A DNA stretch of 64,000 nt from Ostreococcus lucimarinus. Lineage: Eukaryota. The position numbers and the translations under genes were made by a program. How positions within the stretch are numbered: the stretch's first letter is position 1; each line of letters opens with the position of its first letter. The stretch is from assembly GCA_000092065.1 (NCBI GenBank), contig CP000589.1. One strand, written 5' to 3'. Below, in pieces: positions 39,655-48,259 of the stretch. The notes under the pieces are model-generated. The model was not told where the DNA came from. It ran no database searches and worked only from the letters and a program-made list of their open reading frames with translations.

Positions 39655-41139
39655 TTAAATCGTGCAAATCGGGTTGTTCTTCACCGACGTGATTTGCATC
39701 TTCGAGCCGAACAAGTCGCGAATGTTGTCGATGCCGTACATGATCATCGTCGGTCGCTCGAGCGAGAGACCCCAGGCGATGACGTTGACGTCCTCGGGCA
39801 GACCCATCGGCTCGAGCATCTCCGGACGAAACATCCCGGAGTTACCGACCTCGACCCACTTGTCGAGCATCGGGTGGAAGGCGAAAATTTCCATTGAAGG
39901 CTCGGTGTACGGGTTGAACGCGGGCTTGAATCGAAGCTGCGTCATCCCGAGACGCTCAAAGAATTGATACAACACGCCGATGAGATCGCCGAGCGTGAGA
40001 TCTTTGTCGCAAATAACACCCTCGACTTGGTGGAACTCGGCGAGGTGCGTGCGATCGACGGCTTCGTTGCGAAACACGCGATCGATGGAGAACATTCGCG
40101 CCGGCTTGAAACCGGTTTGCGCGATGTCGTACAGCATGCGCGCGCTCACCGCGGTGGTGTGCGTGCGAAGAATATTCTTATCCGCCTCTGCGCGCTTCCA
40201 CGCGTACTGATGACCGATCGAACCGTTCCCCCCGGTCTCGTGCATCTTACGCACGCGTTCCACGTAATCCTCCGGCGCAAAGTTCATCGTCGCCGGCGTC
40301 TTCATAAAAAACGTGTCGTGCGCGTCTCGCGCCGGGTGCTGTTGCGGTTGAATCAGCGTGTCAAAATTCCAAAATCCACTCTCCACGAAGTTATTCGTCG
40401 GCATCTCCGAGAACCCCAACGAGAAGAAAATCTCCCGAAACGCCTGTCGAACCTTGAGCAACGGGTGCACGTGCCCGCTCGCCGGCTGCGCCCCCGCCCC
40501 CGGCACCAAATTATACGCCTTAAACGCCTGTCCCCTCCACGACCCTTCATTCATCATCTCCTTCGTCAAATCCGCCGGCAGCACCTTGCGCTCGAGCGCG
40601 AACTCCGCCCCCTTCGTCAATTCGTACTCTTTCCACCGCTCCTCCTTGGCCAATTTTCGCTTCTTCGTCAGCGTCTCCAGCGTCTTCGCATCCACGGTTT
40701 CTCCACCCCTCAGCGCTCGCAGCGCCTCCCGCACGTCATCCTCGATCGTCTCCACCCGTCGCTCCACCCTCGGCGTCGCTCCCTTCACCATCGCCAACCA
40801 ATTCCTTTGCATCGCCTGCTTGAACCCGACGTCCGCCGCCCCCGGTCCCGCGCGCGTCCTGAACGCGTCCAGCTCGATCCCCTCCTCCGGCACGCACGCG
40901 AACGCGCGCGCCTCGGGCGATCCCTCATCGACGCACCGCTCGCCCTCCGCCGTCAGCGTCGTCCTGGAGCGCTCGATCGCGCGCGCGACGACCATGTTCG
41001 CCGCCGTCAGCCGCTTGACGACGCCGACGACCGCCTGATGATCGACGCCGTGGCGCGCGCTCGCGGACGCGGTGTCCGCGATGCCGTCGCGGGCGATCGC
41101 GGCGAGGACATCGCGCTCGATCGCGTCGGCGTCGGACAT
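39655..41139 (-). CDS. FARSA: phenylalanine--tRNA ligase alpha subunit (cytoplasmic type)
   Basis: QQHPARDAHDTFF, FKPAFNPYTEPSMEIF, VEVGNSGMFRPEML and AWGLSLERPTMIMYGIDNIRDLFG are near-identical to eukaryotic FARSA class-II motifs. Trimmed to in-frame ATG (MSDADAIERD). Confidence 0.95.
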   Translation of the reverse strand: MSDADAIERDVLAAIARDGIADTASASARHGVDHQAVVGVVKRLTAANMVVARAIERSRTTLTAEGERCVDEGSPEARAFACVPEEGIELDAFRTRAGPGAADVGFKQAMQRNWLAMVKGATPRVERRVETIEDDVREALRALRGGETVDAKTLETLTKKRKLAKEERWKEYELTKGAEFALERKVLPADLTKEMMNEGSWRGQAFKAYNLVPGAGAQPASGHVHPLLKVRQAFREIFFSLGFSEMPTNNFVESGFWNFDTLIQPQQHPARDAHDTFFMKTPATMNFAPEDYVERVRKMHETGGNGSIGHQYAWKRAEADKNILRTHTTAVSARMLYDIAQTGFKPARMFSIDRVFRNEAVDRTHLAEFHQVEGVICDKDLTLGDLIGVLYQFFERLGMTQLRFKPAFNPYTEPSMEIFAFHPMLDKWVEVGNSGMFRPEMLEPMGLPEDVNVIAWGLSLERPTMIMYGIDNIRDLFGSKMQITSVKNNPICTI

Positions 41140-41299
41140 CGTCCGCGGCTCGCGCGCGGCTCGAGCGTCGCGCGATGGCGCGCGATGGCGGATCGACAGA
41201 CCCTCGAACGCGCCATCGACGGTTCGTGACTCAAGAAGAGAGGGGGTCGACGACGCGGGCACGCGACGCACCGCATCGGCGCGACCGCAGACGGCGACG

Positions 41300-42568
41300 A
41301 TGGCGCGCGCGCGCGCGAGCGATCGGCGGCGACCCGCGGCGGCGCTCGCGGTGGCGCTGACGCTCGCGTGCGTCGCGCGCGCGACGACGCGAGGCGCGGC
41401 GCCACCGACGCGCGTCGAAAAGATGACGACGCGACGCGCGGCGCGCGACGCGTTCGCGTCGACGACGAGCGGCGACGCGAGGACGCTCGACGACGCGCGA
41501 CGCGCGTTCGCGTTCGCGAGCGATCGCAAGGCGCACGCGCTGGTGACGGGCGGCGCGGGATTCATCGGGTCGCACTGCGCCGAGGCGCTGCTGCGGCGCG
41601 GCTACGCGGTGACGACGGTGGATAACATGAGCCGAGGGAACGCGGGCGCGGTCGAGGCGCTGCGAAGGATGGCGCCGAAGGGAAGCCTGCGAGCGGTGCG
41701 AGGGGATCTGGGCGTCGTCGAGGACGTGGACGCGGCGTTCGGGAACACGAACATGCCGGTGGACGCGGTGTTTCACTTCGCGGCCATCGCGTACGTGGGG
41801 GAGTCGATGGCGGATCCGGTGAGGTATTACTCGAACATCACGACGAACACGGTGAATTTATTGCGAGTGATGCAGGCGAAAGATGTGAGGAAGATGATTT
41901 ACAGCTCGACGTGCGCGACGTACGGGAACGTGGAGAAGTTGCCCATCACCGAGTCGACGCCGACGAGGCCGATTAATCCGTACGGCAAGTCCAAGTTGTA
42001 CGCCGAAAACGCGATCAAGGATTACGCGCTGGCGAATCCAAAGTTTAAGGCGTCGATTTTGCGGTATTTCAACGTGTTCGGGGGCGATCCCGAGGGCGTG
42101 TTGGGCGAGTTGCCGCGCGCGGAGTTGCGCGAGCACGGGAGAATTTCCGGCGCGTGCTTCGACGCGGCGATGAAGAACATCGACAAGCTCACGGTGATGG
42201 GGACGAAGCACCCGACGCGGGACGGGACGACGATACGAGACTTTGTGCACGTCGTAGATTTAGTGGACGCGCACATAGCGGTGGCGGAAAAGAACAAATT
42301 TGATAATCCTCCGTCGTTGTACAACGTCGGCACGGGGAGCGGCGTGAGCATGCGAGAGTTCGTGGAGACGTGTAAAAAGGTGACGGGCGTCGACATAGAG
42401 ATTCACTATCGCGCTGAACCTCGGCCCGGAGATTACGCCGAGGTGTACGCGAACGTGGACAAGATCAAACACGAGCTCGGGTGGGAGGCAAAGTACACGG
42501 ATTTGCACGAGAGCCTGACGCACGCGTGGAAGTTTAGAAAAACGAAGGGCGACACCTGGGAATTGTAA
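41300..42568 (+). CDS. NAD-dependent UDP-sugar 4-epimerase (GalE/UDP-arabinose 4-epimerase MUR4-like, type-II membrane anchored)
   Basis: VTGGAGFIGSH Rossmann, YSSTCATYG...PINPYGKSK (SxnYxxxK). The N-terminal hydrophobic anchor (AAALAVALTLACVA) resembles Golgi UXE/MUR4 enzymes. Trimmed to in-frame ATG (MARARASD). Confidence 0.8.
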   Translation: MARARASDRRRPAAALAVALTLACVARATTRGAAPPTRVEKMTTRRAARDAFASTTSGDARTLDDARRAFAFASDRKAHALVTGGAGFIGSHCAEALLRRGYAVTTVDNMSRGNAGAVEALRRMAPKGSLRAVRGDLGVVEDVDAAFGNTNMPVDAVFHFAAIAYVGESMADPVRYYSNITTNTVNLLRVMQAKDVRKMIYSSTCATYGNVEKLPITESTPTRPINPYGKSKLYAENAIKDYALANPKFKASILRYFNVFGGDPEGVLGELPRAELREHGRISGACFDAAMKNIDKLTVMGTKHPTRDGTTIRDFVHVVDLVDAHIAVAEKNKFDNPPSLYNVGTGSGVSMREFVETCKKVTGVDIEIHYRAEPRPGDYAEVYANVDKIKHELGWEAKYTDLHESLTHAWKFRKTKGDTWEL

Positions 42569-42605
42569 ACGAGCTGTAATTGTACTACCGTAGCAACGAA
42601 TTTTT

Positions 42606-43538
42606 CTACAAATCGCTAAGTGTCTGCGCGAACGCGCCCTCTAACATCGCCATCTCTTCGAACACATCGTCTCGAGACCCGTCGAGCGCGCGCGCGTCGC
42701 GTAAGAGCGCGCGTCGCGCTTCGTTCGCCGCCGCCGCGACGGCGGCTCGTCGGGCGTCCGCGGCGTCGGCGACGACGCGCGACACGCTCGCGCGCGCACG
42801 AACATCGAGCGCGTGCAACGCCGACTTCGCCGTCTCCGCGCGCGCGGCCTCGCGTTCGAGCTCGCGTTCCGCTTCGCTCGCCGGAACATCCGGCGCCGGT
42901 CCCCAAAACTCGAGCGCGCGCGACCACGCGGCGTCCACGTCCGTCTCCTCCGTCGCGTCCACGACGAACGCCGGAAACGTCGCCCCATCTCCCGGCGTCG
43001 TCACCGCCGGCGCCTCGAACGCGCGCGTCATGCGTTCGAACACCTCCTCCGGAACCGCCTCCGCGCCCTCGCGATTTCGATTTCGCCGTCTCGCCTCCTT
43101 CGTCGGCGCCGTCACGTGCGCGCACGCGCAGCTCGCCCTCGCCTCCCTCGCCGCGCGAAACACCTCCCACCGCATTCCTCTGTAATACATGTTATCGTCC
43201 ACGATCACCACCGTCTTCACGCCGTCTTCTCGCGCGTTTCCTCGTCTCGTCGCCGCGTCGACGTCCGCCGCCGCCTCGGCGCGCGCCGCTCGCCACCGCG
43301 CCGGCTCGAACGCCGTCGTCCCGTCCTCGCGCGTCATCGCGCGCAGCTCGCGCGCGTCGTAACGCGCGTGATGCGCGTCGTGCCCGCTCTCGCGCGCGCG
43401 TCGCGCGAGCGCGCGCGCGAGCGTCGTCTTCCCGACCCCCGGCAGGCCGCACAGGACGAGCACGAGCGTCTTGGACGCGTCCTCGCGCGGCGCGCGCGCC
43501 GCTCGCGGACGCGACGCGGCGTCCGAGGCGGTGGCCAT
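42606..43538 (-). CDS. PSTK: probable L-seryl-tRNA(Sec) kinase (PSTK); KTI12/PSTK P-loop kinase family
   Basis: LVLCGLPGVGKTTLARALA P-loop. VVIVDDNMYYRGMRWEVFRAAREA matches the PSTK D-D-N-x-Y-Y-x-x-M-R-x-E-V motif (human LVLDDNFYYQSMRYEVYQLARK). The downstream segment (...CAHVTAPTKEARRRNRNRE...VPEEVFERMTRAFEAP) parallels PSTK (CQLFLDCPLETCLQRNGQRP...LPPETIHLMGRKLEKP) better than KTI12 (DSLNYIKGFRYEL). Trimmed to in-frame ATG. Confidence 0.5.
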   Translation of the reverse strand: MATASDAASRPRAARAPREDASKTLVLVLCGLPGVGKTTLARALARRARESGHDAHHARYDARELRAMTREDGTTAFEPARWRAARAEAAADVDAATRRGNAREDGVKTVVIVDDNMYYRGMRWEVFRAAREARASCACAHVTAPTKEARRRNRNREGAEAVPEEVFERMTRAFEAPAVTTPGDGATFPAFVVDATEETDVDAAWSRALEFWGPAPDVPASEAERELEREAARAETAKSALHALDVRARASVSRVVADAADARRAAVAAAANEARRALLRDARALDGSRDDVFEEMAMLEGAFAQTLSDL

Positions 43539-43616
43539 CGCGCGCGCCGCGCGCGGCGGCGCGCGCCGCGCCGCGCGCGACGCGGCGCGACGCAGCGCGC
43601 CGCAGAGCGCGACGCG

Positions 43617-44498
43617 ATGTCCCGCGGCGGCAGGAAGACGCACGCGCACGACGATCAGTACGGCGAGGTCGGACGCGGCGACGACGGCGACGCGCGCGAC
43701 GACGGCGCGCGATCGACCGGCGGCGCGGGCGCGCGGAAGGGCGCGAAGGGGAGCGTGGCGTACGTTCGAAGATTGCCAAAATTTCTAGAGGCGCACGCGG
43801 GACTTCTGGGCGCGACGACGACGACGCGCGACGACGACGACGCGCGAGCGACGGTGAACGACGCGGTGAACGCGCGGACGGAGGCGGTGCGCGGCGAGAC
43901 GGACGCGAGGGCGCGGACGGGGGCGGCGCCGCGGCGGTCGGCGTTGAGCGCGCTGGGATTCGACGACGACGAGTCGATCGCGGAGATGGCCGCGGTGCAC
44001 AAGGGCGAGGGGAACAGGGCGTTTCAAGAGAAGCGATTCGAAGACGCGGTGGCGTCGTTTTCGCGCGCGGCGGCGCTGGAGCCGAAAAATTGGGTGTTTT
44101 TTAGTAATCGGAGCGCCGCGTACGCCGAGCTTGGGCGGTACGACGACGCGTTGGATGACGCGAAGGAGACGATTCGATTGAACTGCGAGTGGACGAAGGG
44201 GTACGTTCGACTCGCGACGGCGTGCTCGGCGCTGGGTAGGTTGTCCGAGGCGACCGCGGCGTGGAGGAGGGCGTGCGAATTGGACGACGAGAACGCGTCT
44301 TTGCGGGAATCGCTCGCAAAAGCGGAAGCGGCGGAAGAGTCGTCCTTGAAGGAAGGCAAGTTCAAGTTTCAAGGGTCGAAGCGTAAAGAGACGGCCGGCG
44401 ACGGTGAAGACGTCGCCGGAGGCGATGTGACGGAGGCGAAGAAGAAGAAAAAGAAGCCGCCTCCCGCGACGCTGTCGTTTGCGGATGACGACGGGTGA
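43617..44498 (+). CDS. TPR-repeat protein (Hop/STI1-type TPR module, Lys-rich C-terminus)
   Basis: AEMAAVHKGEGNRAFQEKRFEDAVASFSRAAALEPKNWVFFSNRSAAYAELGRYDDALDDAKETIRLNCEWTKGYVRLATACSALGR is three canonical TPRs. Trimmed to in-frame ATG 43617. The upstream part of the ORF-track entry is antisense to PSTK. Confidence 0.65.
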   Translation: MSRGGRKTHAHDDQYGEVGRGDDGDARDDGARSTGGAGARKGAKGSVAYVRRLPKFLEAHAGLLGATTTTRDDDDARATVNDAVNARTEAVRGETDARARTGAAPRRSALSALGFDDDESIAEMAAVHKGEGNRAFQEKRFEDAVASFSRAAALEPKNWVFFSNRSAAYAELGRYDDALDDAKETIRLNCEWTKGYVRLATACSALGRLSEATAAWRRACELDDENASLRESLAKAEAAEESSLKEGKFKFQGSKRKETAGDGEDVAGGDVTEAKKKKKKPPPATLSFADDDG

Positions 44499-44540
44499 GT
44501 TACGGTAGAAGTATTAATAATGTACCATGCGAAACGATTA

Positions 44541-46775
44541 TCAATCTACATCCTTTAACGAAGAGGCCGCGCGCGCGGACGTATTTTCGACGGTCGCGCT
44601 CTCCGATCGCGCGACGGATAAAACTTCGAGTTTTGCCTTCATGTCGGCGAGTTTCTTGGCTTGCTCCTCGGCACGCTTTTCCTTCATTCGCTTTTGCAAC
44701 CGACCAACCTTGTACAAGTCTTCGTAATTCGTTATCACCGCCACGTCCGGGTTCTCGCGTATGGCCTTGTCTTCCGCCGTTTCCTCGTCTTCCGATTCGG
44801 TGTCCCAACCGAAATCGTCGTCGTCGCGCGTGAAATCCGCCTTCGCAATGATTTCCCAATCTCTGGCGAGATCGTTTGGCACGGGCGCGATGGATCCTTC
44901 GGGTACGCGCGCGTCACCGCTCGGCATTTTTGACTCATGAGAGCTAGCGTGCACGCGAAGCGCGTATGGACTCGAGCCCATGAGCACGTCTCGACACGAC
45001 ACGACAAGACGGTAAAAGCCATCCTCGACGGGCTCGTACGAAGCCACGAATCGCCCGCGTCCGTCGTCTTCAATCTTCACTCCATCCTTAGTTTTGATTT
45101 CGTGTCCGTTGACGTCGGTGACCGAGATTTGCAAAGGAAGCTGCTCGCTTAAGTTTCCAAACACATCGTTATCGAATTCATCGCGAGCCTTGATCGTAAA
45201 CGATGCGCGCTGTGAAACCGCGGCTCGCCTCGTACCATCGCCTTCGACGACGCAATGCTTTGCGCTCGCACGCGCGGGCTCGACCACGACGTCGTATGGA
45301 GAGTTTCCGCACTGTTCGTCGTTTCCAATGATGACTTCGCACTGATACGCGCCGGCGACCGTGCACGTGTAGTACGCCACATACGTCCCGTCGCCGTTAT
45401 CCGTCACGGTGCCGTATTCGACGAGTTCGTCGTCCGTCTCCATGGAATCCACGTGTGTTAGCTTGACGGTAAATATATCTCCCCCGCTCAAGCGTTTATT
45501 CTTCAACTCATCCTTCGCCTCGATGCCAATCATGCTCGCTTCCCCCGCGCGCGCTTTCACGACGCCCGGCCCGAAAACTTTCGTAAACGCCGGTTCGGCG
45601 GTACTTTGGCACCAGCAATCGCGTTCCCATTCGCCGCGATACTTTGTGCCATCGGCGAAGACGCACACGCCGTAACCGTGTCGCTCGTCTCGCACCCACT
45701 CGCCTTGATATTCATCACCGTTGGCGTACGTGCACGCGCCTTTGCCGTGTCGCTTACCGTCACACCACTCGCCCTGGTAAATTGTGCCGTCGGCGTACAA
45801 TCGCTTGCCTTTGCCGTTTTCGGCGTCTTCGTCGAACGCGCCGCGATACTCCTCACCGAGGTCGGTGAATTTGCAAACGCCCTGTCCTTTTCGACGACCC
45901 CCTTCAAAGTCTCCAACGTACTCGAACGTCGCTGTTTTCAACACGCCCTTGCCGTGATACTGATCGTCTCGCCACTCGCCGTCGTACGTCGATCCCGTGG
46001 CGAGTTCGCACTTGCCTCGCCCGTGCCTGAGATCGTCGCGCCACTGCCCTATGTACTTGTACGACCCAACGGCGGCAAACTTACCGCGACCATGCCGATA
46101 ATCACCGCGCCACTCTCCGTCGTACTCCACCGATCCGTCCTTCGCCGCGTACCTTCCGCGCACTCGCGATCCCGAAAGCGTCGCGCCGTTAAACGTGGAC
46201 CCGTCCGCGTACGTATACATCCCATTACCCTCGACGATATCATCCACCCATTCGCCCTCGTACACGTCCCCGCTCGCGAAACGTTGCGTACCCCACCCCC
46301 AGCGATGATCATTCTTCCACTCACCCTCGTACACGTCGCCGTTGACGTACTCGCACCTCCCTCGCCCGCACGTCTTGTCGTCTTCCCATTCGCCCTCGTA
46401 CTTCAATCCCGACTTGAATGTCATCGTCCCTCGTCCGTGTCGCTTATCGTCCCTCCAGTACCCATCGTACACGTCCCCAGTGCTACACACGTGTCTCCCT
46501 CGTCCGTGTCGCGTCTCATCGACGCACTCGCCCACGTACTCGTCGCCGTTCGTGTACTCGAGCGCGCGCTCGTCGTAATACCGAGGCTCGAGCGCTTCCG
46601 CCTCATCCACGATCGCGCGCGACTCCGCGTCGTCCTCGGCGCGCGCGAGCATTTCCCTTCGCACCGCGCGCAACCGCTCGAGCTCCGCGCGCATCTCCTC
46701 CGTCGTCCGTTTCTTCCCTCCATCATCCGCCTCCGCCTCGCGCGTCCCGACGATTCGTCCATGATCGACGCTCGC

Positions 46776-46808
<33 letters not shown>

Positions 46809-46841
46809 CGCGTCCTCGTCGCGCAATTCTTCGATGATCAT
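44541..46841 (-). CDS. MORN-repeat protein with two C-terminal filamin/IPT-type Ig-like domains
   Basis: Roughly 15 consecutive YxGxWxxxxxHGxG MORN units (YDGYWRDDKRHGRG, YEGEWEDDKTCGRG ...), followed by FGPGVVKARAGEASMIGIEAKDE...YTCTVAGAYQCEV and a second filamin-like repeat. Trimmed to ATG (MIIEELRDED). The upstream 400 codons of the ORF-track entry are Pro/Ser/Arg low-complexity. Confidence 0.8.
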
Positions 46842-47243
46842 TTCCCTCGACCGAACGCGCGCGCGCGTCGCGCCGTCGCGTCGCCGTGTCGCGCGCGCGC
46901 CGCGTTCGCGCGCGCCGTCGTCTCGAGCGTTACGCGTGCGTTTCTCGCGCGCGCTCGACGAGTCGACGCCGTCGCGCGCGCGCGCCGTCGCGCGCGCGTC
47001 GCGCGTCGCGCGCCATCGACGCGAGAAATTTCGCGTCGTCGGTTCGTCGCGCGCCGTCGTCGCGCGCGGCGTCGCGCGCGCGCGACGGCGTCGATTCGTC
47101 GCGTCGCGTCGCGCGTCTCTCGCGCGTCGCCTCGACCGCTCGAGGTCGCGCGCGCGATCGAGCGAGGGGTCGTCACTCGCGCGCGCACGACGCGGCGACG
47201 TCGGCGCGCGGGCGAGCGCGCGCGCGCGATCGACGCGCGTCGC

Positions 47244-47266
47244 GGTCGGTCGGTCGGTCGGTCGCG

Positions 47267-47297
<31 letters not shown>

Positions 47298-47349
47298 AAC
47301 GCGACGAAAGTTTGGATTGGATTGGATTGGACTGGTTTGGATTGGATTC
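47244..47349. repeat. microsatellite cluster: (CGGT)5 at 47244-47263 and (TTGGA/TTGGAC)n at 47312-47349
   Basis: cggtcggtcggtcggtcggt ... tttggattggattggattggactggtttggattggatt. Lies in the divergent intergenic region between the MORN gene start (46841) and the gene starting at 47354. Confidence 0.85.
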
Positions 47350-47353
47350 GACG

Positions 47354-48220
47354 ATGTCGGACGCGGTGGCGGGCGCGGATGAGACCGTGGGGCGACGGAC
47401 GACGCGACGGGGCGCGGACGGCGGCGCGGGGAGCGCGCAGGCGGCGGCGAGGCGGGAAACGATCGAGATGCGGACGGAGCGGTACGCGAATTGTAGGGTG
47501 CATAAGAATTGCGGGGACGCGTACTGCGAGTTTCGGAAGCTGGCGTGGGAGTTTCGAGCGGTGCGGGATCGAGCAGAGGCGAAAGGGTCGAAGGCGAAGG
47601 CGGTCGCGGAGGCGTGGGTGAGAGCGGCGATGAAGGAGGACGACGCGTGGAATGAGGCGGCGGAGAGGGAGCGGAAGAGGTTGCGGGCGGAGGCGGCAAA
47701 GGTGACGAAGGCGATGGAGCTCGCGGCGAGAAGCGCGCCGACGGAGCGAGAATTGAGACGCGCGCGGGCAAAAGAGTTGAAGCGTCTCGATGGAGACGCC
47801 GATGTGAGCGAAGAACCGTCGCGCGCGGGGACGCCACCGCCGGAGACGGAGGAGGAAAAGAAGACACGACAGGCGATGGAGATTTACGAGAAGCGCATGC
47901 AGCGCGTGCGCGACTTGACCAAACGCCGCGCCATGCTCTTGGCTCGCGCCAGTACGGTGGTGGTGCACCCGGGAACAAACAAGGTGATCGCGTTGTCAAC
48001 GCCCGAAGAGCTGTCAATCGTGCTGAAGATTGAGGCAAAGAAGAAGGCGCAGATGGAACAGAGGCGGCGTCAACGCGGCTTGAAGCGTCCGATGAAGGGT
48101 CCGAACATTGGCGACATGTACAGAATGCCGCGTCTTTTCGAGGAAGTCTGGCTGTATGAAGACAGCAACGTGGACGAACCGACTATTTCGGATTTGATTC
48201 ACATGAACATAGGAATGTAG
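47354..48220 (+). CDS. hypothetical K/E/R-rich protein
   Basis: ORF 46886..48220 trimmed to in-frame ATG (MSDAVAGADE). Charged coiled-coil-like middle region and a CRVHKNCGDAYCEF Cys cluster. No family recognised. Confidence 0.4.
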   Translation: MSDAVAGADETVGRRTTRRGADGGAGSAQAAARRETIEMRTERYANCRVHKNCGDAYCEFRKLAWEFRAVRDRAEAKGSKAKAVAEAWVRAAMKEDDAWNEAAERERKRLRAEAAKVTKAMELAARSAPTERELRRARAKELKRLDGDADVSEEPSRAGTPPPETEEEKKTRQAMEIYEKRMQRVRDLTKRRAMLLARASTVVVHPGTNKVIALSTPEELSIVLKIEAKKKAQMEQRRRQRGLKRPMKGPNIGDMYRMPRLFEEVWLYEDSNVDEPTISDLIHMNIGM

Positions 48221-48259
48221 CTCTCTACCAATACAATTAAAGAGAATTCTAAAGACTCT

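Noticed and set aside
42620-44104. 494-aa plus ORF (Arg/Pro/Ala-rich) and 184/347-aa companions overlapping PSTK
   Set aside because: Antisense to a P-loop kinase with clear motifs. The composition is pure low-complexity. Only the in-frame TPR gene starting at 43617 downstream is credible.
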